DNA of 64,000 nucleotides from Porticoccaceae bacterium (lineage in GTDB: Bacteria > Pseudomonadota > Gammaproteobacteria > Pseudomonadales > Porticoccaceae), in contig JAQWYJ010000013.1 of assembly GCA_029254005.1 (NCBI GenBank), forward strand, positions 23,630 to 87,629. Direction: 5' to 3'. The notes beneath the pieces were generated by a model. The model did not search any database, was not told the DNA's origin, and was given only the letters and a program-made list of their open reading frames with translations. Numbering within the stretch: position 1 is the first letter of the stretch; each line of letters starts with the position of its first letter. A program made the translations under genes and the position numbers. Of the stretch, positions 30,334 through 39,943 are shown in pieces.

Positions 30334-30456
30334 AAGGTGGAAACCTATAGCACGTCAATGGAATCCTTAGCAGCGCTGCTAACAGCTGCCGGCTGCAAAA
30401 TGCCGACCACGTAATGCCAAAAGGATAGTCAAGTTCAATTTTAATCTGTTACAGTT

Positions 30457-31026
30457 ATGTGTCATGAAACAGACAAGGTTTCAAGTATGTGTCCACAACA
30501 AAACTACAGTCGCCTAAACAGTATATCAGTATATTCAATAATACTAATGTTAGCCTTGAGTGGCCGTTGCTATGCAGATTTATCAGAGCACCTTATTGGC
30601 GAGGTTAAACTCGATGAGCTTAAACAATCCCCTTTTGTTGAGTGGTATGATAAATACCAATCTTCCTACCAAATGAATTTAGATGTTATTTCTGATCTTA
30701 AGCCTTTGATGTCTGATGTTTCTATTGTTGCCTTTATGGGCACCTGGTGTCATGACAGTCAGAGAGAGGTACCATCGCTAGTAAAGATTCTTGAAAAAAT
30801 CGATTTTGATAAGAGTAAATTTCGTCTCATAGCGCTGTCCTATAATAAAGATACGCCATCAAAAATAGAGGCTAATCTTGATGTATTTCGTACCCCAACA
30901 TTTATCTTCTACAGACAAGGTGTTGAGATAGGGCGCTACGTGGAACATTCTAAAAAGACTCTCGAAGAGGACATGCTAGCAATAGCCGCTGGAGAGAATT
31001 ATCAACATGCCTATGTCAAATTATAA
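30457..31026 (+). CDS. Exported thioredoxin-fold protein with CxxS motif
   Basis: FMGTWCHDSQREVP, TPTFIFYRQGVEIGRYVE. Start uncertain. Confidence 0.75.
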   Translation: MCHETDKVSSMCPQQNYSRLNSISVYSIILMLALSGRCYADLSEHLIGEVKLDELKQSPFVEWYDKYQSSYQMNLDVISDLKPLMSDVSIVAFMGTWCHDSQREVPSLVKILEKIDFDKSKFRLIALSYNKDTPSKIEANLDVFRTPTFIFYRQGVEIGRYVEHSKKTLEEDMLAIAAGENYQHAYVKL

Positions 31027-31372
31027 GGAGTGGCTTTCTAAGAACTTCAGCTCGGTAATAGTACCAAAATCCTTAAACGTCTTCTTGATACTATCATAAT
31101 GAAATCAACAGTGGCTTTAAACACTATATATCACAAGAAAAATATCGCTTATAAAAGCTAGAGGTCGAACAAAAATAAACCCAGATAGCAACCGAACACC
31201 CACTCATTACCCTAATGACGCGAATAATAGGAAGGATTCATTAACCTTCATGTAACAGAGTAACCGCAACCCTCGGGACACAAGACTCGAGTTATTACCA
31301 ACAAGATTAGAGGAATCCTCGATCATTTAGTCTACTATTTTAGATAGCATTGAACAGCCGATCAATTGCAAA

Positions 31373-31630
31373 CTACCAGCAGTAATAACCACGACACCAG
31401 CGCATATCGCGACGTGTAAATCGCAAAGCGTCAGTATTTTTTTCCTGTGCACGGATCGACTTCAGAGTTAATCGACAGCCACCATAAGCCTCTGTAGCAT
31501 TGGAAAAGCCGTAGGAAATACATTCCTCATGGTCTGCGGTTTCCTGAGCAGCAATCCGTTCATCTATCATTCTGGTAGACGCACAAGAGGAAAGGCATAT
31601 CGCTAACAACCCTATTGAAATAATTTTCAT
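31373..31630 (-). CDS. Small hypothetical lipoprotein
   Basis: Lipobox LSSC after a hydrophobic signal; C-x2-YGF-x9-C pattern. Confidence 0.7.
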   Translation of the reverse strand: MKIISIGLLAICLSSCASTRMIDERIAAQETADHEECISYGFSNATEAYGGCRLTLKSIRAQEKNTDALRFTRRDMRWCRGYYCW

Positions 31631-31971
31631 AATGGAACCTTTAATGAGACAAAGTCAAAACAATACCACGCTATACCGCGTTAATCGAGGTCACCATAGA
31701 CTGAACAGACATAACATCTATCAAGATGGTAACAAAAGATAGTATACCGAAATCCTAGGTTTGATATTTACTCTGTTATGTAAGACACTTCTCGTAAACG
31801 TTGCCACGTTTATTAAACAGGGACCAAGGTGCATTGGCTCTGGCTAAAAATGTTTATTTTTAAACGCTCAAAAAAAGAACAAAATGTAAGCTCTTAGTAA
31901 AGTAATGTTGTAGCTCATATACTGTTGGGATAAAAGACTTCTTCTGTAACAGTTAAAAAGAGGTAGCGTGT

Positions 31972-32733
31972 ATGTTACATCGTAAAGTAGTCATCTTAAT
32001 TATTGCTCTAGTGTCTCTTGGTGTACTCGGTTTATCAGTATTTTGGCTGAGTAATAATGACGATGCTGAAGAAGATGCTATTTACAACAATGTACCCTTG
32101 AGTATCAATACTGAAGATTTGCAACAAAAAGTCAGAGACAAGCTAAGTCAACAAATTGATAAACAAATTCAAAAAGACAGTAAGGTTCCTGTCGATGATA
32201 CTCTTTCCACCATGAGGACCAAGCTCACTGCGCTTATTAAGTCCTTAGGTAACCGACAACCCTCAGAGGAAGAATTAGTAAATTTTTTTGAAAAACGTAA
32301 GGTGTATTACGGCGGTGGCGCTAAAGTTGAGTTTTTGTATCGGCCTTTTTTAAGCGCAAGGCACGGAGGGCAGGCATTTGATGTAGCCGAAAAAGCCCTT
32401 CAAGAAATGGTAGCATATGGAGTTCCGCTGCTAAAAGACCACAGGCTACCCGATGACGGATATTTCTTTGGACTGTACAAACCAGGAGAGGACGAAACTA
32501 TTGAGAGTAGGCGGCTAGGCCAGGCTTTTGGGCCAGATTTTAAATCAAAATTAATCGATTTGATTACGGAAGACCAAAATCAATTGCCATGTTGGGGAGG
32601 GCCTATTACTGGAATCCATGGTGCGTATTTAGTATGTGTTAAGGCACACGAAGTGCTTCCTTTTGCCAATCTGGAGGATATTCGGGAGGAAGTTATTAAT
32701 GACTGGCGCTTATCGACAGTGAGAAAGAATTAG
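31972..32733 (+). CDS. Membrane-anchored parvulin/PpiC-like (Rotamase_2) protein, divergent
   Basis: N-terminal TM; PSEEELVNFF; LGQAFGPDF...WGGPITGIHGAYLV...LEDIREEVINDWR. Confidence 0.6.
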   Translation: MLHRKVVILIIALVSLGVLGLSVFWLSNNDDAEEDAIYNNVPLSINTEDLQQKVRDKLSQQIDKQIQKDSKVPVDDTLSTMRTKLTALIKSLGNRQPSEEELVNFFEKRKVYYGGGAKVEFLYRPFLSARHGGQAFDVAEKALQEMVAYGVPLLKDHRLPDDGYFFGLYKPGEDETIESRRLGQAFGPDFKSKLIDLITEDQNQLPCWGGPITGIHGAYLVCVKAHEVLPFANLEDIREEVINDWRLSTVRKN

Positions 32734-32743
32734 AATCAGACCA

Positions 32744-33511
32744 TTAGGACATCAACTCGCTAAAAAAGGCTCTCAGGCCTTCCGGGCCAGCAGACTCCCA
32801 AGTTTTCAATGCGGCAGTACCAACAATCGCTAAGTCGGCTGAACCGCGCAAAAATTCTAAATCTTCTTTTTTGCTGATACCAAATCCAACGCCAATAGGA
32901 ACTTGAGTATGTTTTTTACATCGTGCGATAAGACCAAGCACATCCTCATCCATGCTTGTTTTAGAGCCAGTAACGCCTTTTCTAGCAACGGCATAGACCA
33001 TACCACGACTTGCCTTACCCAAAACAGCTAGTCGCTTATCGCTAGAAGTAGGTGTCATTAGTATGATCGGCTCAATACCCGCCTTTTCTGATAGTGCATG
33101 CAAATTAGTAGATTCCTCTACTGGAAGATCCGGTAATATGTACCCAACGCCACCTGCGTCTTTAATCCGCTGTACAAAAATCGCTTCACCCATACGAAAT
33201 GCGGTGTTGTAATATCCCATCATCAAAATTTTAAACGGAAATTTCTCGCTGGCAAGCTTCATAAAGTCAAAACATTGATCCACAGTCGTTCCGGACTTTA
33301 ATGACTCCTCATTAGCCTTGACAAATAGAGGACCATCAGCGCTGGGCTCTGAAAAAGGAAACTGGAGCTCAACCAGATCAACACCAGCATCCGCCATGAT
33401 AGTTAATTCTTGCAAGTTATCCTCAAAACTTGGATATCCACACACCACATGCGCCATAACCAGCAAGTCTTTTTCTTTTTTGCGTTCTTCAATATATGCC
33501 TGCAAGCGCAT
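32744..33511 (-). CDS. trpA: Tryptophan synthase alpha subunit (divergent)
   Basis: VELQFPFSEPSADGP, LMGYYN, YILPDLPVEE, ARKGVTG, PIGVGFGI; coupled to trpB. Confidence 0.9.
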   Translation of the reverse strand: MRLQAYIEERKKEKDLLVMAHVVCGYPSFEDNLQELTIMADAGVDLVELQFPFSEPSADGPLFVKANEESLKSGTTVDQCFDFMKLASEKFPFKILMMGYYNTAFRMGEAIFVQRIKDAGGVGYILPDLPVEESTNLHALSEKAGIEPIILMTPTSSDKRLAVLGKASRGMVYAVARKGVTGSKTSMDEDVLGLIARCKKHTQVPIGVGFGISKKEDLEFLRGSADLAIVGTAALKTWESAGPEGLRAFFSELMS

Positions 33512-34767
33512 TAGTTTTTCTCCGCTCGATACTGATCAGCCTTACCATCAATAAAAGACTTCCACTTGGCATCATCTAGAGCATCTGCGATGGTGAAAAT
33601 ATCCTTATCACCACGACCTGATTGATTGATCAAAATAATTTCTTCCTTACCCATAGTTGGCGCTTCTTTAATCGCCGTGACAAATGCATGAGTACTCTCT
33701 AAGGCAGGAATAAGCCCTTCAGTCCGCATGGTTAGCTTCAACGCCTCTTTGACTTCTACATCAGTAGCAGCTTCAAAACGAACCTTTCCCTGCTCCCAAA
33801 GATAAGAAAAGATGGGGTTAATACCAATATAATCTAAACCCGCAGCTACCGAATGAGTCTCATTCATATTGCCTTGATCGTTTTGTAAAAAATAGGTCTT
33901 GTAACCTTGAGCAACACCTACTGAGGCATCATCATAGGCCAAGCGAGCAGAGTGCATATAAGAGCCGACCCCATGACCTCCAGCCTCACAGCCAACAAGC
34001 TCAACATTATCATCGAAAAAACCTTGAAATATGCCCATGGCATTGGAGCCCCCACCCACACAAGCATAAACACGATCGGGTAATCGGCCAGCTTGCTTCA
34101 ACATCTGCTCTCGAGCTTCCATTCCTATAATAGATTGGAACCAGCTGACCATCTCAGGAAAGGGATGAGGACCACACGCCGTACCCAAAATGTAGTGGGT
34201 ATCAGCCATATTTGTTACCCAATCGCGCATACAGGCATTCACCGCATCTTTCAAAGTTTTTTGACCATCTGTCACAGCAATAACTTCTGCACCAAGATTT
34301 TCCATCCAAAAAACATTAGGGCGCTGTCGAGCCACATCCACCGCACCCATGTAAATTTTACAGTCATAACCAAACTTTGCGGCCATGGTCGCAGTAGCAA
34401 AGCCATGTTGACCTGCACCCGTCTCAGCAATAACTCGTCCTTTTCCCAAACGCTGGCACAAGAGACCCTGACCCATGACATTATTAACCTTATGGGACCC
34501 TGTATGATTTAAATCATCACGCTTGACATAAATTTGAGCACCGCCAAGCTGTCTTGAAAGGTTCTCCAAATGTGTTACGGGTGTTGGACGACCAGAATAA
34601 TTTTGGAGTAAACTTACATATTCCTGCCAAAATTTAGGGTCTGCCTTACACTCTCTAAAGCAAACTAAGAGCTCTTCGATTGTCGCATGTAGAATTTCCG
34701 GAAGAAAAACGCCACCAAACTCCCCGTAGTAGCCCTCACGACCGTCGGAGAAATCGAAAATGTCCAT
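33511..34767 (-). CDS. trpB: Tryptophan synthase beta subunit (divergent)
   Basis: KRDDLNHTGSHKVNN, AETGAGQHG, ACVGGGSNAMG, AGLDY, PALESTHA, SGRGDKD. Confidence 0.93.
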   Translation of the reverse strand: MDIFDFSDGREGYYGEFGGVFLPEILHATIEELLVCFRECKADPKFWQEYVSLLQNYSGRPTPVTHLENLSRQLGGAQIYVKRDDLNHTGSHKVNNVMGQGLLCQRLGKGRVIAETGAGQHGFATATMAAKFGYDCKIYMGAVDVARQRPNVFWMENLGAEVIAVTDGQKTLKDAVNACMRDWVTNMADTHYILGTACGPHPFPEMVSWFQSIIGMEAREQMLKQAGRLPDRVYACVGGGSNAMGIFQGFFDDNVELVGCEAGGHGVGSYMHSARLAYDDASVGVAQGYKTYFLQNDQGNMNETHSVAAGLDYIGINPIFSYLWEQGKVRFEAATDVEVKEALKLTMRTEGLIPALESTHAFVTAIKEAPTMGKEEIILINQSGRGDKDIFTIADALDDAKWKSFIDGKADQYRAEKN

Positions 34768-34986
34768 GTTAAATACCTCGATAGGTGCAGTTAGCGTATT
34801 CGTTGGGCGCCCTAGAAAAAATGGATGTAGGCGTTTATGCCTAGTTTAGACAAGTCCCCATCAAGGCACAACGTCACTGCATAAATAGGTACGCCTTAAC
34901 GCACTATACGGCCAAAACTAGTGACCGGTTTTGCGCAAACAGTCAACAACTTGCAAAGTACCAGTAACCATCAGCCCTGACAGGGT

Positions 34987-34995
34987 TTATCCACA
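34987..34995 (+). promoter_or_regulatory. DnaA box upstream of nrdJ
   Basis: Perfect TTATCCACA about 220 bp upstream of the RNR start; a single 9-mer can occur by chance. Confidence 0.5.
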
Positions 34996-35043
34996 ACTTT
35001 TCCATACTTTATTAGTAAAAAATTAAATAATAAATACATAAAA

Positions 35044-35090
35044 ACACTACATGTAGTAGATTAATGCTTGCAAGACACAAAATGTAGGAT
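35044..35090 (+). promoter_or_regulatory. Tandem NrdR boxes
   Basis: ACACTACATGTAGTAG (35044-35059) and ACACAAAATGTAGGAT (35075-35090) match acaCwAtATaTwGwg and are 31 bp apart, directly upstream of a ribonucleotide reductase. Confidence 0.85.
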
Positions 35091-35214
35091 AAACTTCTAA
35101 CCTGAGTGTAGGGACAGTTAAGTCCTCCCAGATTGAAAAGTTCACACCATTAGGGTGGTTATTCACCTTAAAGGTAACCGAAAAAGATAGTTAGTTATAT
35201 ATAAAGGGCAACCC

Positions 35215-37365
35215 ATGAGCGCACCGAAACTTAAAACAATAAAACCTGTTCGCAAGGTAGAAGACATCAAGATGCAAGATGCATCACTGGATATTTGGGA
35301 CAAAAAGTACCGCTTGAAAGACAAAGAATCCAATCCTGTTGATCAAGATATCAATGCGACCTACATGCGTGTTGCAAAAGCCCTGTCAGACGTTGAAGAA
35401 GAGTCTAAAAGGGAAGTATGGCAAGAGCGCTTTATTTGGGCACTCAAACACGGGGCTATTCCCGCTGGTAGGATTATATCTAACGCTGGTGCACAGGCAT
35501 ACAAACCCGCAACGTCGACGATCAACTGTACGGTTTCAGGAATTGTGCCCGATTCAATGCTTGGAATTTTAGAGCGAAACCTCGAAGCCGGACTAACGTT
35601 GAAAGCAGGTTGTGGTATTGGTTATGAGTTTTCAACCTTACGTCCGAAGGGAGCCTATGTCTCTGGCGCTGGTGCCTACACCTCTGGTCCGCTGTCGTTC
35701 ATGGATATCTATGACAAAATGTGTTTCACCGTTTCTTCAGCGGGAGGTCGTCGTGGAGCCCAAATGGCCACTTTTGATGTCAGTCACCCAGATGTTTTTG
35801 ATTTTGTGAAAGCTAAGCGAGAAGATGGCCGCTTACGGCAATTTAATTTGTCATTACTTATTACCGAAGAATTCATTGAGGCTGTTCGCTCTGATGGTAA
35901 TTGGGATCTTACATTTCCTATCAGCTCTAAGGAAATAGAAAGTGGCTTGGACTTAAATGGTGATAATGTCGTTTGGAAACCCTTCCCCACCACCGTGGGT
36001 TACACATCCAACAAAGATGGTCTAGTGGCTTGCCGAATCTATGAAACCATCAGGGCTCAAAAGCTGTGGAATGCCATTATGTCTTCCACTTATGACTATG
36101 CAGAGCCGGGATTTATTCTGATCGATCAGGTTAACAAGAATAATAACAATTGGTTCTGCGAGGACATTCGCGCCACTAACCCTTGCGGAGAACAACCTCT
36201 CCCTCCTTATGGTAGCTGCTTACTTGGTTCTGTCAACTTAACTAAATTTGTTCGTAATCCATTTACTGAAGACGCTTTTTTTGATTGGAACGAATACGCC
36301 GAAGTAGTTGGTGTATTTACCCGAATGTTAGACAATGTTGTTGAAATCAACGGACTTCCTCTGGAAGGGCAACGTAAAGAAATCGAATATAAGCGTCGTC
36401 ATGGCATGGGGTTCTTAGGATTGGGTTCAGCAATCACAATGCTCCGAATGAAATATGGTGACGAACAGTCTCTAGAATTCACCGACCGAATCGCAAGAGA
36501 CATGGCTATAGCAGGACTAACCGCCGGATTAGAATTGGCACGGGAAAAAGGTCCTGCGCCAATCATGGAGGACGAATTTGATGTTACTGCTGCGCTACTG
36601 TTTAAACAGCCAGATTTAGCTAAAGATGGCATAAAGGTTGGTAGCAAAATAAAAGGTAAGGTATTACTTGGCAAATACAGCCGTTACATGCAAGAAATTG
36701 CCAACGTAGCTCCCGAATTAGTTGACTCAATTATTAACGAAGGATGCCGATTTAGTCACCACTCATCTATTGCCCCAACAGGAACTATATCGCTCTCACT
36801 AGCAAATAACGTGAGTAATGGTATTGAGCCAAGTTTTGCCCATCACTATTCACGCAATGTTATCCGTGAGGGGAAGAAGTCAAAAGAGAAAGTGGATGTA
36901 TTCTCCTATGAGTTACTGTCCTATAGAACGTTAGTTAACCCCCAAGCCATGCCGTTTAGTACAGATCCTTCGGAGCAGTTACCCGATTACTTTGTTAGTT
37001 CTGAGAATATCATGCCAAAAGCCCACGTTGATATTCAGGCTGCAGCCCAAAAATGGGTGGACTCGTCAATATCCAAGACAATTAATGTTCCAACTGACTG
37101 CGAGTATGAAGACTTTAAGGATATTTATCTCTATGCCGCAGAGAAAGGACTAAAGGGATGTACTACTTTCCGCTTCAATCCAGAGGCATTTCAAGGGGTT
37201 TTAGTTAAAGAGAGTGATCTTGAAAACACTACATACAGCTTCACCTTAGAAGATGGCTCTACTGTTGAATTTAAAGGTAATGAAAAAGTTGAATATGACG
37301 GTGAAACACATACCGCTGCAAATTTGTTTGATGCCTTAAAAGAAGGTTATTACGGAAAATTCTAA
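35215..37365 (+). CDS. nrdJa: Class II (adenosylcobalamin-dependent) ribonucleotide reductase, large part NrdJa
   Basis: PAGRIISNAG, STINCTV, SAGGRRGAQM, NPCGEQPLPPYGSCLLGS, IAPTGTISL, KGCTTFR; no ATP cone or intein apparent. Confidence 0.92.
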   Translation: MSAPKLKTIKPVRKVEDIKMQDASLDIWDKKYRLKDKESNPVDQDINATYMRVAKALSDVEEESKREVWQERFIWALKHGAIPAGRIISNAGAQAYKPATSTINCTVSGIVPDSMLGILERNLEAGLTLKAGCGIGYEFSTLRPKGAYVSGAGAYTSGPLSFMDIYDKMCFTVSSAGGRRGAQMATFDVSHPDVFDFVKAKREDGRLRQFNLSLLITEEFIEAVRSDGNWDLTFPISSKEIESGLDLNGDNVVWKPFPTTVGYTSNKDGLVACRIYETIRAQKLWNAIMSSTYDYAEPGFILIDQVNKNNNNWFCEDIRATNPCGEQPLPPYGSCLLGSVNLTKFVRNPFTEDAFFDWNEYAEVVGVFTRMLDNVVEINGLPLEGQRKEIEYKRRHGMGFLGLGSAITMLRMKYGDEQSLEFTDRIARDMAIAGLTAGLELAREKGPAPIMEDEFDVTAALLFKQPDLAKDGIKVGSKIKGKVLLGKYSRYMQEIANVAPELVDSIINEGCRFSHHSSIAPTGTISLSLANNVSNGIEPSFAHHYSRNVIREGKKSKEKVDVFSYELLSYRTLVNPQAMPFSTDPSEQLPDYFVSSENIMPKAHVDIQAAAQKWVDSSISKTINVPTDCEYEDFKDIYLYAAEKGLKGCTTFRFNPEAFQGVLVKESDLENTTYSFTLEDGSTVEFKGNEKVEYDGETHTAANLFDALKEGYYGKF

Positions 37366-37405
37366 TCATAAGTAATTAAAACCGCAGACCACTGCGAGGG
37401 AAAAA

Positions 37406-38086
37406 ATGAACAAAAAAATTGACCAAAAAATTGTTGGCTACAAAGTCGTAAACGAAGAGCAGAAGGCAGCAGAAATAAGCCAAGAAGCTGAGAGCAACAT
37501 TATTCAGATGCATGAGAAAGTGTCACGACCTGAAGCTCTAGCCGGCAGTACCTATAAGATCAAAACGCCGATGTCAGACCATGCAATGTATCTGACCATA
37601 AATGATATCGTTTTAAATGAGGGTACTGATCACGAGTTACGCCGTCCGTTTGAAATATTTCTTAATTCTAAAAACATGGATCAATACCAGTGGATTTCTG
37701 CACTAACGCGAGTCATTTCTGCAGTTTTTCGCAAAGGCGGCGATTGCACTTTCTTAGTGGAAGAGCTTAAAGCTATTTTTGATCCTCAGGGTGGATATTT
37801 CAAGTCAGGGGGCCGTTTTATGCCTTCACTAGTAGCTGAAATAGGCTGGGCTATTGAAGATCATTTGCAGAAAATAGGCATGATGCAGAAACCTGAAATC
37901 TCAGAGCATCAGCAAAAAATCATGAATGAAAAACGTGCCGACTTCGAACAGGCTACCGCTGCTCCTCAGGAGGCAGGTGACTTTCCGCCAACCGCAGAGG
38001 TTTGTAGAAAATGTAGCGTTAAAGCCGTTATTTTGATGGATGGCTGTATGACTTGCCTTAATTGCGGCGACTCAAAATGTGGCTAG
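37406..38086 (+). CDS. nrdJb: Class II ribonucleotide reductase small part NrdJb (TSCPD domain plus Cys-rich tail)
   Basis: RPEALAGSTYKIKTP, RPFEIFLNSK, ALTRVISAVFRKGGD, C-terminal CRKC...GCMTCLNCGDSKCG. Confidence 0.9.
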   Translation: MNKKIDQKIVGYKVVNEEQKAAEISQEAESNIIQMHEKVSRPEALAGSTYKIKTPMSDHAMYLTINDIVLNEGTDHELRRPFEIFLNSKNMDQYQWISALTRVISAVFRKGGDCTFLVEELKAIFDPQGGYFKSGGRFMPSLVAEIGWAIEDHLQKIGMMQKPEISEHQQKIMNEKRADFEQATAAPQEAGDFPPTAEVCRKCSVKAVILMDGCMTCLNCGDSKCG

Positions 38087-38101
38087 AATAAAAGCCTCGA
38101 C

Positions 38102-38140
38102 TACAAAAGCGGCCCTAAACAACGTCCGGCCGCTTTTGTA
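38102..38140. terminator. Bidirectional terminator between nrdJb and the NRAMP gene
   Basis: Perfect 13-bp inverted repeat TACAAAAGCGGCC-N13-GGCCGCTTTTGTA. Confidence 0.8.
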
Positions 38141-38155
38141 ATGTCTATTAAAAGG

Positions 38156-39367
38156 CTACGTAAGAAATACAGTGGCTAACTTAAACAATCCAAGTGCTGT
38201 TACAGTAACCACTACCAAGGTAGCTATTGCGTTCGCCACCAATGAATTGCGATATTGCTTTAAAAGATCACTGCGGTTCATCACTATTAGCAAGAAAATC
38301 GCTACAACTGGTAGTAATAATCCGTTAGCTGCTTGAGCAAAAAGTATAGCTGTAATAGGTTTAGTGCCAACGGCTGCCACAAGGGTACCGATGACTAGCA
38401 CCATTAGCCAAACACCCCGAAAGCGTCGGTCAGAAGAATCTACAGGCCAACCCAAAGCGCCGCTAACAGCATAGGCTGCTGCCAATGGCGCAGTAACTGC
38501 ACTGGTCAAGCCTGCTGCAATTAAGCCAATTGCAAAGAAAAGAGTAGCCGAAGATCCTAAAATAGGCTCTAACTGGGCGGCCATTGAGGATGAAGAAAAC
38601 TGTTTTCCAGTATCAAAAAACGCTACCGCCGCAGTGCTCATTACTGCCAAGGTAATCAACCCCCCTAAACCGATAGACACAAGGGTATCGTTGCGAGACT
38701 CTGCTAGGGCAGTAGTTAGATCCACCCCATGCCATTTTTCTTGAACAAGGTTTGCATGCAAAAATAAATTATAGGGGACCACCGTGGTACCAATTAAGGC
38801 AATCACTGTGAGTATAGAACCAGCTGGCAATGATGGTATTAGCAGCCCGCTAAACAGTGCAGTAAAATCAACCCCCACAACAAACATGGTTACTACAAAT
38901 ACCGTACTCATTATTAGTACCAGAATAATTAATACTGGCTCTAATAACTTATAACTACTGCCGCTGAGCAATAAAGCAGCGACAACACCCACTGCAATTG
39001 AGCAGGTCGCTGCTGAAAAATCAGTAATGGACTGTAATCCTAATGCGGCACCAGATATATTCCCCGCCTCATAGGCGGCGTTACCAACACCAATAGCAGC
39101 TACCACCAAAGCAATAGCGCCACGATTAATGATAGGACTTTGGAACGTAGTACGAAGAGCTTCGGCAAGCCCTGCGTTTGAAACCAGTCCTAAACGCGCA
39201 GCCATCTCTTGTAATACCAAGGTGGCGACAAGCGAAAATAGTAAAGCCCACAACAATACAAAACCAAAGTTAGCGCCAGCAACACTCGCCGTAGCAATGC
39301 TACCTGGGCCAATAAAGGCTGCTGTTACCAATAAACCAGGTCCAAAACGTCGCATAGGCCTCTCCAA
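38156..39367 (-). CDS. NRAMP/YcsG-family membrane transporter
   Basis: GPGLLVTAAFIGPGS, LQEMAARLG, GNAAYEAGNISGA, IGTTVVPYNLFLH. Confidence 0.85.
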   Translation of the reverse strand: MERPMRRFGPGLLVTAAFIGPGSIATASVAGANFGFVLLWALLFSLVATLVLQEMAARLGLVSNAGLAEALRTTFQSPIINRGAIALVVAAIGVGNAAYEAGNISGAALGLQSITDFSAATCSIAVGVVAALLLSGSSYKLLEPVLIILVLIMSTVFVVTMFVVGVDFTALFSGLLIPSLPAGSILTVIALIGTTVVPYNLFLHANLVQEKWHGVDLTTALAESRNDTLVSIGLGGLITLAVMSTAAVAFFDTGKQFSSSSMAAQLEPILGSSATLFFAIGLIAAGLTSAVTAPLAAAYAVSGALGWPVDSSDRRFRGVWLMVLVIGTLVAAVGTKPITAILFAQAANGLLLPVVAIFLLIVMNRSDLLKQYRNSLVANAIATLVVVTVTALGLFKLATVFLT

Positions 39368-39469
39368 GGATTTACCGATTAGCTAACAGGAGGCAGCACC
39401 CCGGCATGCACACCAGAAATAAAAGCGCAGTTATTTATATGATCTGGCACTAAAAGACGCCTTTAAATC

Positions 39470-39940
39470 AATGTAATACCTGCGCTGTAGCACTCTCTGT
39501 AAGATCTGAGAATGTGTACCACTTAGTAGATTTTCCCATACCTGATCTGGACTCTTTGTTTTCAGTCGTAGCTAGAACAGGATTAACCCAAATACCCTTC
39601 TATAATAACGCTGTTTCAGAATAATCAGGTAGCAATTGACCAAATTTTTTGTCCGTAACTGAACGAATACCAGACCCTACGTGATGGCCCGCACACCACA
39701 CTGTAGTACCAAGGAGCTTATGAAAAATAACAAGTTGGTGAATCACATCATAAATCGCCTATTTGACTGAATATCCCAAACAGCCTGGCTAAAGGTTTTG
39801 TGGCGGTAGGAACTAACATCAGTAATCGATGCTAAGCTGACATCAAGATGATCATCTAATGTATATTTTTATATCTTATCTGGTCCTTGTTTCTTGCCGT
39901 ATTTGTGCCTTGCTCTTGCCCAGCTGCACCAAACATAATA
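39470..39940 (-). pseudogene. Unidentified degraded coding remnant
   Basis: Protein-like minus-strand segments (YVWCSWARARHKYGKKQGPDKI*KYTLDDHLDV...; DVIHQLVIFHKLLGTTVWCAGHHVG...ALL*KGIWVNPVL) broken by stops and a frameshift. Confidence 0.35.
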
Positions 39941-39943
39941 CAA

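Noticed and set aside
35090-35214. Possible cobalamin riboswitch ahead of nrdJ (also checked ahead of the mutase)
   Set aside because: No B12-box or GGGAA core elements found, and the region is too short.
35215-37365. Possible intein or intron in the ribonucleotide reductase
   Set aside because: Length is normal for NrdJa, motifs are contiguous, and no splicing or endonuclease motifs are present.
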